Below are positions 20,037 to 27,798 of a stretch of 64,000 nucleotides of DNA, piece after piece. The notes beneath the pieces are model-generated. The model ran no database searches. It was not told where the DNA came from and saw nothing but the letters and a program-made list of their open reading frames with translations. Source of the DNA: an uncultured Rhodobacteraceae bacterium (lineage in GTDB: Bacteria; Pseudomonadota; Alphaproteobacteria; Rhodobacterales; Rhodobacteraceae). The DNA lies in contig CALBSG010000005.1 in assembly GCA_937927675.1 (NCBI GenBank), positions 21,727-85,726 of the forward strand, written 5' to 3'. How positions within the stretch are numbered: the stretch's first letter is position 1; each line of letters begins with the position of its first letter. The translations under genes and the position numbers were made by a program.

Positions 20037-21004
20037 GCGGTCGCCTCGGCATAGAACCGCCGCAGACGCGTCAGGCAGTCAGCCTTGTCCATCAGATAGG
20101 GGCCGGACCTTGACCAAAGCCCGGTATGGGCGGACCGCATATCCTCGTGGTGCAGCCTTGCCTCCGAGGCGGGCATCGGCCCCCCGGTCAGCGCTTGATG
20201 CACCGCGCCTGCCACAAGCGGTTCGGGGGCAAGATGGATCACCGAAAGCCCGGCCGCCTGCGCCACCTGCACATCAGCCCAAAGCCGGGTCATGTCGTAA
20301 AACTGAAATCGGCTTTCAGGATGGGTAAAGCCCAGCGCCGAAAATCCCGCCGCTGTGACACAGCGCTCCAACGCGGGGCGCAGGGTGGATTGGTTCAGCG
20401 CAGGCCGGTCCAGCACATACATGCCTAAGGCAGGATCATGGGCAAAGACCGCCACCGCCAAGGACTGCAAGGGCTGCGGCAGCACGGCGATCAAAGCGTC
20501 GTATCGCGTCGCCGGCAGCATGGAAGGCACGGGGTTCAAGAGATCAAAGAGGAAGTTCTTGCGCAAGCCCGGACCGAATAGCGCAGGCAACCGCACGATC
20601 AGGCAGTCCGCAAAATGCGCCGCGCAGAAGGTTTCCAGTCGACGGCGGTTCACACCATAGGCAATCCCGGTCTGAAACGCGGTCGTTGTCTCGGTCGCCT
20701 GCCCGTCAAAACGATCCAGCACCGCAATGGTCGAGATCAGCACAAAACGCCCTGCGCGCACCCCCGACAGCCGGTTGATCAGCCGATCAATCGCCTGTGC
20801 ATCCCGGTCGGGAAAGCGGTTTGCCTCGAACATTGAGCCGGGCGCGGCCGCGCAAACGACCGTCGCGTAATCTTGGTCAGTGGCGCTGTGGATGTTTGCC
20901 GAATTGAACCGTGATGCAAAATGATGCTGGCGCGACAGGGTTTGACCGACAAAACCGGTGTGCCCGATCAAGGCATCCTGCATGGGCGTCCTCATAATAA
21001 TCAA
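20033..21004 (-). CDS. NAD(P)-dependent epimerase/dehydratase-like (extended SDR) protein
   Basis: 'ALIGHTGFVG' Rossmann motif near the N-terminus. First gene of the operon. An alternative start is at 20983. Confidence 0.6.
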   Translation of the reverse strand: MIIMRTPMQDALIGHTGFVGQTLSRQHHFASRFNSANIHSATDQDYATVVCAAAPGSMFEANRFPDRDAQAIDRLINRLSGVRAGRFVLISTIAVLDRFDGQATETTTAFQTGIAYGVNRRRLETFCAAHFADCLIVRLPALFGPGLRKNFLFDLLNPVPSMLPATRYDALIAVLPQPLQSLAVAVFAHDPALGMYVLDRPALNQSTLRPALERCVTAAGFSALGFTHPESRFQFYDMTRLWADVQVAQAAGLSVIHLAPEPLVAGAVHQALTGGPMPASEARLHHEDMRSAHTGLWSRSGPYLMDKADCLTRLRRFYAEATA

Positions 21005-21194
21005 ACCAATATGGCACGATCACTAACAGGATTTGCCGGCTCTGCCATCGGTTTTCTCGCATATGGTAAGCGCAACCTTGTTGGGCACCTTCCAAACCCG
21101 CGCCGGTTCTGACGGATTCCACGCGCGCGTTCAGGAGAGACTGGCCGGGAACCTTGGCCACCTTATCCCGGTCTTGCTGGCCGGTCGGCCATGG

Positions 21195-21216
21195 AAAAGG
21201 GGGGCCGCAGCCCCCC
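21195..21216 (-). terminator. Rho-independent terminator of the 66-aa stress protein gene
   Basis: On the minus strand: GGGGGGC-tgcg-GCCCCCC followed by TTTT. Confidence 0.75.
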
Positions 21217-21239
21217 GATCCGGCATAGCGATCGGTCAG

Positions 21240-21440
21240 TCACTTTTGGCCGTCGCCCTGCTGCTGATCGGTGCGGCCCGCTGGCTTTTCAGTGCCCATC
21301 TGGCCCGGACGATCCTTGGCCCCGGCACCCTGTTTCGGGTCGCCCTGCGTGGCTTGTGCAGTGCCACGGTCATTGGCCAGTTCTGTTTCCTTGGTCTGCC
21401 CCGTCTTTGATCCGGGACCCTGCTTGTTTTCCATGGTCAT
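21240..21440 (-). CDS. Small hydrophilic, Gly/Gln/Lys-rich stress-type protein (66 aa)
   Basis: ATG at 21440 preceded by AAGGAGAA. Low-complexity hydrophilic sequence 'MTMENKQGPGSKTGQTKE...'. EcfG-type motif upstream and its own terminator. Confidence 0.7.
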   Translation of the reverse strand: MTMENKQGPGSKTGQTKETELANDRGTAQATQGDPKQGAGAKDRPGQMGTEKPAGRTDQQQGDGQK

Positions 21441-21483
21441 GATGTTCTCCTTCATGCGGCGGCCAATCCGCCGATGCAGACAG

Positions 21484-21508
21484 AACCTGCCAAACACCGC
21501 AATGTTCC
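21484..21508 (-). promoter_or_regulatory. EcfG-type promoter motif GGAAC-N16-GGTT (minus strand) for the 66-aa gene
   Basis: Plus-strand GTTCC at 21504-21508 and AACC at 21484-21487, with a 16-nt spacer. It lies ~45 nt upstream of the ATG at 21440. Confidence 0.45.
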
Positions 21509-21514
21509 CGCCAC

Positions 21515-21539
21515 GGAACCCAAACTCCCGACCCACGTT
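21515..21539 (+). promoter_or_regulatory. EcfG-type promoter, perfect GGAAC-N16-CGTT
   Basis: GGAAC at 21515-21519 and CGTT at 21536-21539. It lies ~48 nt upstream of the ATG at 21587. Confidence 0.6.
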
Positions 21540-21586
21540 TAGATTCTGCAGCAAAGGGGCTGCATGATCTGAGATGAGGGATACTT

Positions 21587-21661
21587 ATGCGCAGCATCAT
21601 CTATCTTGTCGGTCTGGTGGTGGTCGTCATGGCGATCCTGTCCCTGTTCGGATTGCGGTGA
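21587..21661 (+). CDS. Unannotated 24-codon single-TM peptide MRSIIYLVGLVVVVMAILSLFGLR
   Basis: ATG at 21587 is 6 nt after GAGGGA (21575-21580); TGA at 21659-21661. Basic-hydrophobic-basic topology. A perfect EcfG motif lies upstream. It is below the 60-aa cutoff of the ORF track. Confidence 0.5.
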   Translation: MRSIIYLVGLVVVVMAILSLFGLR

Positions 21662-21854
21662 GGGCAGGATATGGCACATGTGGCAACCTTGGCGCCGCCC
21701 GCCGCACCGATCGATCTTGCGGGTGCGGTATGGGATCTTATCCTGATTGGGCGGTCTTGGGGCTGACGGTCAATTTGCGTCGCATCCGGCGCAATCAGGA
21801 AGCGGTTTTGCAAACCTTTGGTCAAAAGAGATCGCGCGCCCTTCGGGGGCATCG

Positions 21855-21879
21855 GGAACCAAATGGGGACGCCTGCGTT
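21855..21879 (+). promoter_or_regulatory. EcfG-type promoter, perfect GGAAC-N16-CGTT
   Basis: GGAAC at 21855-21859 and CGTT at 21876-21879, 33 nt upstream of the ATG at 21912. Confidence 0.6.
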
Positions 21880-21911
21880 GTCTCGGGAAGCCTTTGCCAC
21901 AGGAGACCATC

Positions 21912-22169
21912 ATGAAATCCATCGTTCTGCTTCTTGGCCTTATTGCGGCCCTTCCAGCCTGCATGCCGACCACGGATCCCGTCGTCGGCGGCGCCCTGAC
22001 CGGAGCAGTCCTCGGCGCAGCCGTCTCAGATGACGGCGACCGCGTTGAGGGTGCGCTAATTGGCGCGGGTGTGGGCGGCATTGCGGGCTCGCTCATCGGT
22101 CAATCCAGCCGGCCCGGCTATTGTGTCTATCGCGACATCAACGGCAACCGCTACACCGCGCGCTGCTAA
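21912..22169 (+). CDS. Glycine-zipper outer-membrane lipoprotein (17-kDa antigen / YMGG-like)
   Basis: ATG at 21912 after AGGAG (21901-21905). Lipobox 'LPAC'. Glycine zipper 'GGALTGAVLGAAV...GALIGAGVGGIAGSLIG'. Confidence 0.8.
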   Translation: MKSIVLLLGLIAALPACMPTTDPVVGGALTGAVLGAAVSDDGDRVEGALIGAGVGGIAGSLIGQSSRPGYCVYRDINGNRYTARC

Positions 22170-22322
22170 GGCGCGGGGTCGGGCAAATCTGGCCCAAAGC
22201 AAAAAGCGCCCAAATGCCGCATTGTGACAGGCAGCCCAACCTCCTGCGGGGTTGATCCCGAGGCGGCAGGGCCGGATCTGCGCGCATCGCAAAAGGGCAA
22301 TGGTCACATTGAAGCGAGGGCC

Positions 22323-22508
22323 TTACCGGCGCGGTGGGGCCTGATCACCGCAGGGCCGTTCGGCCTCGCTTGATTTGCCCACACCGTCTGGTCCGGCCTT
22401 TGCCAAACGCAGCAAGGCCCGGTCGAGCTTGTCCGAACCGCCCACAGGGATTGGGTAGGCCTGGGACAAAGGCCCCTGCAGATCCGTGACGAAATCTTGC
22501 GGGTTCAT
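22323..22508 (-). CDS. Hypothetical small protein (61 aa)
   Basis: ATG at 22508 preceded by AAAGGAAAAG. Reasonable GC3. EcfG-like motif ~80 nt upstream. No recognisable domain. Confidence 0.4.
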   Translation of the reverse strand: MNPQDFVTDLQGPLSQAYPIPVGGSDKLDRALLRLAKAGPDGVGKSSEAERPCGDQAPPRR

Positions 22509-22586
22509 GGCTTTTCCTTTCGTACCCGGATCGCGGCGCAATGCCGGGCCAATGCCTGTCATCGAAATCAAAAGCTTGCCCCTATG

Positions 22587-22611
22587 AACCCGGACCGTCC
22601 GAGATGGTTCC
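22587..22611 (-). promoter_or_regulatory. EcfG-type promoter motif GGAAC-N16-GGTT (minus strand)
   Basis: Plus-strand GTTCC at 22607-22611 and AACC at 22587-22590, with a 16-nt spacer. Confidence 0.4.
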
Positions 22612-22770
22612 TGCCGACCCGACCAGACCACACAGCGAGGGTCCCGCTGTTGCTAAAAGGGAACAGCACCCTGCGTCGGCGGCTCCCTGCCAAACCCTTT
22701 TGACGCTCGCGGAGCGCCCGTCATGGCGCCGCGTTTTTTCCACGATCCCATAAAGAAACCGGAGGCCCGT

Positions 22771-23340
22771 ATGGCGGCCGAGACTTTTTCGACTGAACTT
22801 GTCGACGTCATCCCCAGCCTGCGCGCCTATGCCCGCGCACTGACCCGCAATGCGGCTGATTGTGACGATCTGGTCCAAGAAACCTTGGCCAAGGCGCTGA
22901 AGAACCAGAGCCGATTTGAACACGGCACGCGGCTGAAATCTTGGCTGTTCACCATCATGCGCAACACCTTTTACACCGCCGCAAAGAAGTCTGCGCGGGA
23001 ACGGCCGGGGCTGGAGGACTGCGTGTCCGCCAGCGTGCTGGTGGAACCCGTGCATGATGCTGTCATCACCCACAAACGCCTGTTGGCGGCCATCGAACGC
23101 CTGCCGCAACAGTATCGCGAGATGCTGATCCTCGTCGTGATGCTGGGAGAAACCTATGAAGACGCCGCCCGCATATGCGGTTGTGCGGTCGGCACGGTCA
23201 AAAGCCGGGTCAACCGGGCGCGCAGGATGGTGATGCAAGAGATGGAGGAGGGGTCGCCAGCGCAGCCGCGAAACAAAGTGATACTTGCGAATCAACAAAT
23301 TGGCGCCGTGCCTCGGCAGGTCCAAATGCGACGGCCCTGA
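22771..23340 (+). CDS. ECF sigma factor, EcfG-like paralog (second copy)
   Basis: ATG at 22771 after GGAGG. 'LRAYARALTRNAADCDDLVQETLAKAL', 'WLFTIMRNTFY' and 'GTVKSRVNRARR' align by eye with the sigma at 31492. No adjacent NepR-like gene. Confidence 0.85.
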   Translation: MAAETFSTELVDVIPSLRAYARALTRNAADCDDLVQETLAKALKNQSRFEHGTRLKSWLFTIMRNTFYTAAKKSARERPGLEDCVSASVLVEPVHDAVITHKRLLAAIERLPQQYREMLILVVMLGETYEDAARICGCAVGTVKSRVNRARRMVMQEMEEGSPAQPRNKVILANQQIGAVPRQVQMRRP

Positions 23341-23360
23341 CACACGGCGCAATTTGGTGA

Positions 23361-23385
23361 AACGCGGTTGTCGCCGAATGGTTCC
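23361..23385 (-). promoter_or_regulatory. EcfG-type promoter, perfect GGAAC-N16-CGTT on the minus strand, pointing into the 3-prime end of the sigma gene
   Basis: Plus-strand AACG at 23361-23364 and GTTCC at 23381-23385, with a 16-nt spacer. It lies 21 nt downstream of the sigma stop codon. Confidence 0.45.
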
Positions 23386-23562
23386 CCCGAAAACGTCGCC
23401 CGCGCGGTATAAGGATTGGGCCACGACGTTGCGGGCGTCCTCATGGTGCGAAAACGGCGTTTTGCCGCTGGCCTATCGCGGGAAGGTTGTGACCCGAAGC
23501 GGATTTCACGCTAACGTGAGCCGAAGGTCCGTCTCAGGGCCTGCGAAGGGCGGAAAGTCAGA

Positions 23563-26500
23563 TTGGACAGCAATGCCATGATGGACGAGCCGGGTCTTGG
23601 GCGCGCGGATACCCCTGTGCGGCTGTTACAAGAGCGACTGTATCGCGCAGGTCAAGCAGCGCAGATGTTCCTATGGGAACATGACATGCGGACGGGGCGC
23701 CAAACTTGGGATGGGGCAGCTGCGGCCGTGATCGGCTGCGCCGAGGTGGATCTGCCCGACAGCGCGGCGGCGGCGTTGTTCTTTGTAGATCCTGCGGATC
23801 ACGGCCGGCTGACGGCCTTGTTCGCGGCCGCTATGGCCAAGCACCTTTCCAGTTTTGCCGCCGAGTTTCGCGGCATCGATGGGCGAATTTTCCACTCCGA
23901 GGCGCGGATTGAGTATGACGACACCGGCACGGCGATCCGCACCACCGGCGTGACGCGCGATATCACCGCCGAGGCAGAGGCACGACGCCGCCTTGCAGAA
24001 AGCGAAGCGCGGGCCCACCAACAGGCGGACGAGCTTCGCACGATTTACGAAGCGGCTCCGATCGGGCTTTGTGTGCTTGACCGTGACTTGCGGATCTTGC
24101 GGGTCAATGAGGCGATGCTGCACATGCATGGCCGGACCGCAGACGATTTCGTGGGACTGGGCCTTGCCGACGCGATGCCTGAAATCGCGCACGCGGCGGG
24201 TGACCGTATTGGACGGGTGCTGCAAGGCGAAAGCCTTCGCGGCCAGATCATCGCCTTGTCTTTACCGGACGATACGATTGGCGCGGCGGTGCCCGCCACC
24301 GTTCGCGTCAACTGGGTGCCGCTGCACGACGCCGCCGGGTGCGTACAAGGTGCTGTACTGACCACGGAAAACCTGACCTTGGAACGCAGCGCCGAGCAGG
24401 CGCTTGCCAATCGCGAGGCATTGCTGGCGGCCGTGGGCGACAGTTCCCCCGAAATCATCTATGCCAAAAACACCGAAGGCCGGATGCTTTATGCCAATGC
24501 CGCAACCTTGGCGATGGTCGGCCTGCCGCTCGATCAGGTGCTGGGCCGTACCAGCTATGAATTGATGCCGAATTCCGGCGGCAAGACACGGCTGATGTCC
24601 GATATGAAGGTGATGGCCACCGGACGCACCACCCGGCGAGATGAATCTGTCACCACGATAGACGGGCGTCACATGGTGCTGCACACCATCCGCGCGCCCT
24701 TGCGTGACGCCCAAGGCAAGCTCATCGGCCTTGTCGGCCTTTCCAGCGATGTAACCGCCCAGCGCGCCGCCGAAGCGCGGCAAGTGTTTTTGCTGCAACT
24801 GGCCGATCAGTTGCGCAGTGATCGTCGCGCTGCCTGGGTAACAGTACGCGCCTTGGGGCGGTTTTTTGGCGTGACGCGGGCGGGCTTTGCCAGCCATTCG
24901 GCCGATCATTCTGGCGAGCCAACCCTCTCAGATGCCTTTTTTGAAGAATGGAGTGACGGGATTGCCCGCAGCCTGACCCCGACCCAGGGGCTGACCAATC
25001 TGGGAGATTGGATCCGGGGCGAGCTGGCCCAAGGTCGCATCATCGAAATCGCCGATGTGCTGCACGACAATCGCATCAAAACCCCCGCTGCCTTTTTGGA
25101 ACATGGAACCCGCGCGGCCTTGATTGTGCCTTTGCTGCGCGATGGCGTCGTGGTCGCAACCTTGTATCTGGCCGATGCGCAGCCGCGCGACTGGCAGGCA
25201 GCAGACATCGCACTTGTGCGCGATGTGGCCGAGCGCAGTTGGGCCGCCGTGGAACGGGAACGCAGCGAACGGGCATTGCGCCAAGCCGAAGCCCGTCATC
25301 GCACGGTTCTGGAGGCCTCCGCTGCGGTGGTTTGGTCCACCGACACTGCGGGCGGTTTTGCGACACCGCAACCCAGTTGGGCCGCCTATACCGGGCAGAA
25401 CTGGCCGGACCATGCCGGACAGGGTTGGACCCGAATGATCCACCCCGATGACCTGCCGCGCCTGATGGACGACTGGCAGGCCGCGCTGGTCAAGGGCGGC
25501 GGGCATTACCAGTCGGGGGGCCGGATCTGGCACGGCCCAAGCGGGCGCTGGCGGCATTTTGTGGTGCGAGGTGCACCACTTGTCAGCCCGCTTGATGGCA
25601 AAGTGCAGGAATGGATTGGCGCGGTCACCGACATCGATGACCAGCGCAGAGCCGAAGATGACCTGCGCCTGAGTGAAACCCGGCTGCGGCTGGCGAAGGA
25701 GGCGGCTGGGCTGGGCATCTTCGAACTGGACCTTGGCAGCGGAGAACTCAGCTGGGATGCGGCCAGTCTGGCCATCTTGCGTGACAGCGGCAAAGGTCCG
25801 CCAACGCTGAATAGTTTTCTGCAACGTATTCACCCAAACGACCGCGCGGCGCTGCGTTCCGGCCTCGAAGGGGCGTTAAACGCACCCGCCGAAGGCCGCA
25901 TGTCGATTGAAATCCGCATTGACAGCGGGATGAACCTGCGGCCGATCTGGCTTTCGGTGATGGCGCAGGTCAGCCCTTGGCCCGCCCCAGAGCGCGGCCA
26001 AACCTCTGGCCCGGATCAGCCGCGGCAACCCAACAGTCCGCAGCGCAGAGATATCCGTCGGCTGGTTGGCTCTCTGCGTGACATCACCGCCCGCAAGCAC
26101 AAAGAAATCGCCTTGCAATCGCTGAACCGTCGCTTGGCCGACCGCATGGAACAGGCCGCGGCCGAGCGCGATCGGTTGTGGTCGGTGACAGACGACTTTC
26201 TGGCCACCACCGACAGCGCGGGCGTGTTGCACGAAGTCAGCGACAGTTGGGCGCGGATGCTGGGCCGCGCGCCCGGACAGCTGATCGGCAGGCCCTATGC
26301 CGCGATTTTTCACCCCGACGATCTGCCCCGGATCGAAGCGGCGCAGCACGAACTTTTCAAGCACGGCGGCTCTGCCTTTGTCGAGGCGCGGATACAGGCC
26401 GCTGATGGCGAATGGCGGCCCGTCAACTGGCGGCTCACGTCAGAACCTGATGTGGATCGGCTTTACGCGGTTGGTCGCGACATGACGGCCGACCATGCCC

Positions 26501-27687
26501 AAGCCCGCGCGCTGTCCGAGGCGCAGGCGCAGTTGCACGAGGCACAGAAGATTGAAACCATCGGCCAGCTGACAGGTGGTGTGGCGCATGATTTCAACAA
26601 CCTACTGGCCGCGATTCTGTCCAATCTTCGGGCGGCGCAGACCCGCACGACCGACCCGCGGCTGGCCCGTCTGGTTGCTGGCGCGATGGAGGCCGCAGAA
26701 CGCGGCGCCCTGCTGACAGGTCGGCTCTTGGCGTTTGCCCGGCGGCAAGAACTGTCCTCCACCGTGATTGACCTTGCCGCCATGATTGCGGGGCTGCACG
26801 ACCTTTTGGAAGGATCTCTTGGGCCGCAGATCACACTCTGCGATCAATTACCGGCCGATCTGCCACCGATCCGTGGCGATCTGAACCAGTTGGAACTTGC
26901 GCTTTTGAACCTTGCGGTGAACGCCCGCGACGCGATGCCCCAAGGTGGCACGCTGACGATCACGGCCCGCGCTGTCTCCATCTCGGCCAATGCAGCGCCC
27001 CTTTCGGACGCTGGCGATCTTCGGTTGGCACCCGGCGCCTATGTGGTTCTGGCGGTCACCGATACCGGCAGCGGCATGGATGAAACCACCCGTCGCCGCG
27101 CCACGGAACCCTTCTTCACCACCAAGGGGGTCGGCAAGGGCACCGGTCTTGGTTTATCGATGGTTTACGGGCTTGCCGTGCAATTGGGCGGCACAATGCT
27201 GCTGGAAAGCTTGCCGGGCCAAGGCACAACTGTTGCGCTTTGGTTGCCCGTGAATACCGAAGGCACGCAGGCCCCCGGCCCGGCACCATCCGGCACCCAG
27301 ACAGAAAATGACCAGCCTGCCGCCAGCCGGTTGTGCATCATGGTGGTCGACGATGATCCGCTGGTCGCGATGGGCACAAGTGCCATGCTGGAAGACTTGG
27401 GCCACCAGGTCGTCGAGGTGAACTCAGCGGCGGCTGCGTTGGATTTTCTGGCGAGCGCAGATCAGGTTGATCTGGTGCTGACCGACCATGCCATGCCCGG
27501 CATGACCGGCACCCAACTTGCCGCCGAGATGCGGGCTCGGGGCTGGCAGATCCCGGTCGCCCTTGCCACCGGCTATGCGGAGTTGCCGCAAAGCGAAGAC
27601 GATGTGCTGCCCCGGCTGGCCAAGCCCTTTGGCCATCAGGATCTGGTGCAGCTGATCCAGCGGCTCTGCGGTGCCAGTCGGGGCTGA
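23563..27687 (+). CDS. Multi-PAS/GAF hybrid sensor histidine kinase with C-terminal receiver
   Basis: 1374 aa with several PAS-like repeats and a GAF-like segment. H-box 'GGVAHDFNNLLAAI'. ATPase boxes 'NLAVNARDAM', 'DTGSGMD', 'GTGLGLSMV'. Receiver 'IMVVDDDPLV...DLVLTDHAMPGMTG...LAKPF'. Confidence 0.9.
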   Translation: MDSNAMMDEPGLGRADTPVRLLQERLYRAGQAAQMFLWEHDMRTGRQTWDGAAAAVIGCAEVDLPDSAAAALFFVDPADHGRLTALFAAAMAKHLSSFAAEFRGIDGRIFHSEARIEYDDTGTAIRTTGVTRDITAEAEARRRLAESEARAHQQADELRTIYEAAPIGLCVLDRDLRILRVNEAMLHMHGRTADDFVGLGLADAMPEIAHAAGDRIGRVLQGESLRGQIIALSLPDDTIGAAVPATVRVNWVPLHDAAGCVQGAVLTTENLTLERSAEQALANREALLAAVGDSSPEIIYAKNTEGRMLYANAATLAMVGLPLDQVLGRTSYELMPNSGGKTRLMSDMKVMATGRTTRRDESVTTIDGRHMVLHTIRAPLRDAQGKLIGLVGLSSDVTAQRAAEARQVFLLQLADQLRSDRRAAWVTVRALGRFFGVTRAGFASHSADHSGEPTLSDAFFEEWSDGIARSLTPTQGLTNLGDWIRGELAQGRIIEIADVLHDNRIKTPAAFLEHGTRAALIVPLLRDGVVVATLYLADAQPRDWQAADIALVRDVAERSWAAVERERSERALRQAEARHRTVLEASAAVVWSTDTAGGFATPQPSWAAYTGQNWPDHAGQGWTRMIHPDDLPRLMDDWQAALVKGGGHYQSGGRIWHGPSGRWRHFVVRGAPLVSPLDGKVQEWIGAVTDIDDQRRAEDDLRLSETRLRLAKEAAGLGIFELDLGSGELSWDAASLAILRDSGKGPPTLNSFLQRIHPNDRAALRSGLEGALNAPAEGRMSIEIRIDSGMNLRPIWLSVMAQVSPWPAPERGQTSGPDQPRQPNSPQRRDIRRLVGSLRDITARKHKEIALQSLNRRLADRMEQAAAERDRLWSVTDDFLATTDSAGVLHEVSDSWARMLGRAPGQLIGRPYAAIFHPDDLPRIEAAQHELFKHGGSAFVEARIQAADGEWRPVNWRLTSEPDVDRLYAVGRDMTADHAQARALSEAQAQLHEAQKIETIGQLTGGVAHDFNNLLAAILSNLRAAQTRTTDPRLARLVAGAMEAAERGALLTGRLLAFARRQELSSTVIDLAAMIAGLHDLLEGSLGPQITLCDQLPADLPPIRGDLNQLELALLNLAVNARDAMPQGGTLTITARAVSISANAAPLSDAGDLRLAPGAYVVLAVTDTGSGMDETTRRRATEPFFTTKGVGKGTGLGLSMVYGLAVQLGGTMLLESLPGQGTTVALWLPVNTEGTQAPGPAPSGTQTENDQPAASRLCIMVVDDDPLVAMGTSAMLEDLGHQVVEVNSAAAALDFLASADQVDLVLTDHAMPGMTGTQLAAEMRARGWQIPVALATGYAELPQSEDDVLPRLAKPFGHQDLVQLIQRLCGASRG

Positions 27688-27733
27688 GCCTGCAGCACTC
27701 TGCACACCTCCGCGGCGGCGTGCCCGGCTGAAG

Positions 27734-27759
27734 GGAACCCGACCGTGCATCCGGGCGTT
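27734..27759 (+). promoter_or_regulatory. EcfG-type promoter, perfect GGAAC-N17-CGTT
   Basis: GGAAC at 27734-27738 and CGTT at 27756-27759, 40 nt upstream of the ATG at 27799. Confidence 0.6.
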
Positions 27760-27798
27760 TCCTGATGGCTGACCATAGCACAACAGCAGGAGTGCAGC

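Noticed and set aside
21148-21172. GGAAC-N16-CGGT on the plus strand, downstream of the 66-aa gene.
   Set aside because: The -10 element is off-consensus, and the motif points antisense into a terminator and gene 3-prime end with nothing to express. It is likely a chance match.
22660-22684. GGAAC upstream of the second ECF sigma gene, as a possible autoregulatory EcfG promoter.
   Set aside because: No CGTT or GTT element lies at N16/17. The only CGTC is at N9.
23451-23463. Short palindrome AAAACG-G-CGTTTT in the leader of the hybrid kinase gene.
   Set aside because: The arms are only 6 bp with a 1-nt centre, so it cannot form a hairpin. It has no recognisable relation to a known operator and could easily be a chance occurrence.
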